Translations under genes and position numbers: made by a program
The notes under the pieces: generated by a model
What the model was told of the DNA's origin: nothing
The model's input: the letters and a program-made list of their open reading frames with translations, nothing else
Database searches by the model: none
Sequence record: DRR723986_9330
Direction: 5' to 3' (one strand)
DNA length: 58,511 nucleotides
Shown here: piece by piece, positions 57,120 to 58,511 of the stretch
How positions within the stretch are numbered: position 1 is the first letter of the stretch
How the letters are laid out: every line of letters begins with the position of its first letter

Positions 57120-57475
57120 CCATTTTTTGGCTTTCTCAAAAATTTATCAATTACTATTAAAGCGGCAATTGAGAATATCGTAGCCAAAACAATATTCATA
57201 TGCGGCGCAATTTTAGAATAATCGATTTTTGGCAATGAAATTGTAAACTCTTCTGTTTGATAGGCAATAATGAATGCTGTAATTATCAATCCTCCAAATA
57301 GAATAAACATCAACCAGCCAACCAAGCCAACAAGCGGTTTATCGGTAACAGACTTTTTGATTTCAAGATGTTCAACCTTGCTCATCACCTGATGTGTAAA
57401 ATTAGACGACATCTTTGATTGCTCTGATTTATTGATATAATCAAATAGATTTTTGTCTTCAATTTCTTTATTCAT
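57116..57475 (-). CDS. Putative small membrane anti-sigma factor (2 TM)
   Basis: S.NFT..VM..V N-terminal motif, two TM segments, overlaps the ECF gene end. Confidence 0.65.
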   Translation of the reverse strand: MNKEIEDKNLFDYINKSEQSKMSSNFTHQVMSKVEHLEIKKSVTDKPLVGLVGWLMFILFGGLIITAFIIAYQTEEFTISLPKIDYSKIAPHMNIVLATIFSIAALIVIDKFLRKPKNG

Positions 57476-58037
57476 AGCGTATTGAATTTAGTTCTTCTTT
57501 TGGCAGTTGATTCAAAATGCCATATAATTTTTTCCGGGCTCGGTGAATTTTCACTTTGACGTTTGATATGGATAAACGTGCAATTTTTGAAACTTCATCA
57601 ATGGTCAACTCTTCTAAATAGTAGAGCGTAATTAAACCTCGGTCTTCAGGTTTCAACTGTTCTAATGCCTTGTTAATCATCTCAGACTTTTGTTTGCTCT
57701 CTAAATTATCTAAACTGTTTTCGTCTGCTTCAATGTTATTGGCGTCCTTAAGATCGTTACGGACAAGACCTTTTTTTCTGATAGCATTAATTGCAGTGAA
57801 ATAGGCAATTTGATAAAGCCAAGTTGAGAATTTAGATTTGCCTTTAAACTTTGCTAATCCTTGGTAAGCTTTCACAAAAGTGTCTTGTGCAACTTCTTCT
57901 GCTAATTCAGCATCTGAGGTTATTTTAATGCATATAGAATACACCATATCCTTATATCCCTCAACAAGAGGAGTAAAGGACGCAGTGTTTCCAGATTTAA
58001 CTTCTGAAATGTAAGTATGTACTTGGCTTTCTTCCAC
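57468..58037 (-). CDS. ECF RNA polymerase sigma factor
   Basis: AEEVAQDTFVKAY, SKFSTWLYQIAY, LYYLEEL...EV, NVKVKIHRARKKL. Confidence 0.95.
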   Translation of the reverse strand: MEESQVHTYISEVKSGNTASFTPLVEGYKDMVYSICIKITSDAELAEEVAQDTFVKAYQGLAKFKGKSKFSTWLYQIAYFTAINAIRKKGLVRNDLKDANNIEADENSLDNLESKQKSEMINKALEQLKPEDRGLITLYYLEELTIDEVSKIARLSISNVKVKIHRARKKLYGILNQLPKEELNSIRYE

Positions 58038-58391
58038 CTAGTCAACTGAATTGTTGTCTCTGTTTCTCAACCAAGTTTGTTCTAAAATGTAAGTCAAGGC
58101 CAATCCTATTCCACCGAATAAAAAGGCAAATACGAGTTGGCAAATTTCTGGTTCCATTCCCAATGAAGGATAAGATAATCTTCCCAATAAGATTCCAATC
58201 GGAACAAAAACAAAGAGTAATGCAGCTCTTAATTTATTGTGTGATTTTTCCTTTTGATTTTCTTCATTCGGGTTCATTCCCGCCTCAATCATTCCAATTT
58301 TTTCTCGGTGAGAAGTGATGATCGCGAAGTAAACGATTCCAAATACCATTGCGAACAATGAAATTGGGATTAATAGTGTTAAACTTTCCAT
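58038..58391 (-). CDS. Small 3-TM membrane protein (DUF6249-like), first gene of the ECF operon
   Basis: HREK..MIE.G motif after the first TM; FLFGGIGL. Confidence 0.7.
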   Translation of the reverse strand: MESLTLLIPISLFAMVFGIVYFAIITSHREKIGMIEAGMNPNEENQKEKSHNKLRAALLFVFVPIGILLGRLSYPSLGMEPEICQLVFAFLFGGIGLALTYILEQTWLRNRDNNSVD

Positions 58392-58415
58392 ATCTAATTT
58401 TAATTGTTTCTTAAT

Positions 58416-58443
58416 TAGTCACAATAGTAGTAGATGTGGTTAC
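58416..58443 (-). promoter_or_regulatory. Putative autoregulatory ECF promoter GTAACC-N16-TGACTA
   Basis: Minus strand GTAACC-ACATCTACTACTATTG-TGACTA, ending 24 nt before ATG 58391. Confidence 0.65.
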
Positions 58444-58452
58444 AAAAAAGGC

Positions 58453-58488
58453 AAAAAAAGAACGCATTACTTTATGCAATGCGTTCTT
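58453..58488 (-). terminator. Intrinsic terminator of a minus-strand gene beyond the window
   Basis: A7-GAACGCATT...AATGCGTTCTT inverted repeat; T tract on the minus strand. Confidence 0.7.
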
Positions 58489-58511
58489 AAGTATTGATTT
58501 CATTGAGATCT

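Overview
AT-rich chromosomal window from a Bacteroidota bacterium, most likely Flavobacteriales. This is inferred from the Bat operon, a T9SS C-terminal domain, TAnnTTTG -7 promoter elements and the lack of obvious Shine-Dalgarno sites. It begins inside an initiator tRNA-Met. Housekeeping and envelope genes include era-der-holA, murQ, apbE, lpxB, rluF, a SpoIID/LytB protein, an NlpC/P60 peptidase, an alkaline phosphatase and two TonB-type receptors. It also holds a complete moxR-DUF58-batABCDE operon, two ECF sigma/anti-sigma operons, a REC-adenylate cyclase-HD fusion, an exported WD40-caspase coupled to a beta-barrel protein, and many secreted hypothetical proteins. No CRISPR array, integrase, transposase or prophage was seen. 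Three signals stand out. (1) A four-helix-bundle (23S-IVS/Avd-like) gene is enclosed by register-matched inverted heptamer arrays (29/31 pairs) between two duplicated, tail-less ssb genes, resembling an intervening-sequence cassette inside an mRNA. (2) A TGAACC-N15-TGTA ECF-type promoter occurs three times just upstream of genes, linking the ECF operon at 10.8-14 kb to a 1729-aa helical-repeat protein and a secreted hypothetical. (3) That giant protein has 17 TPR-like units plus an exact 54-residue acidic repeat. A 44-aa lipoprotein ORF missing from the ORF track was also found. All family assignments come from motif recognition, not database searches.
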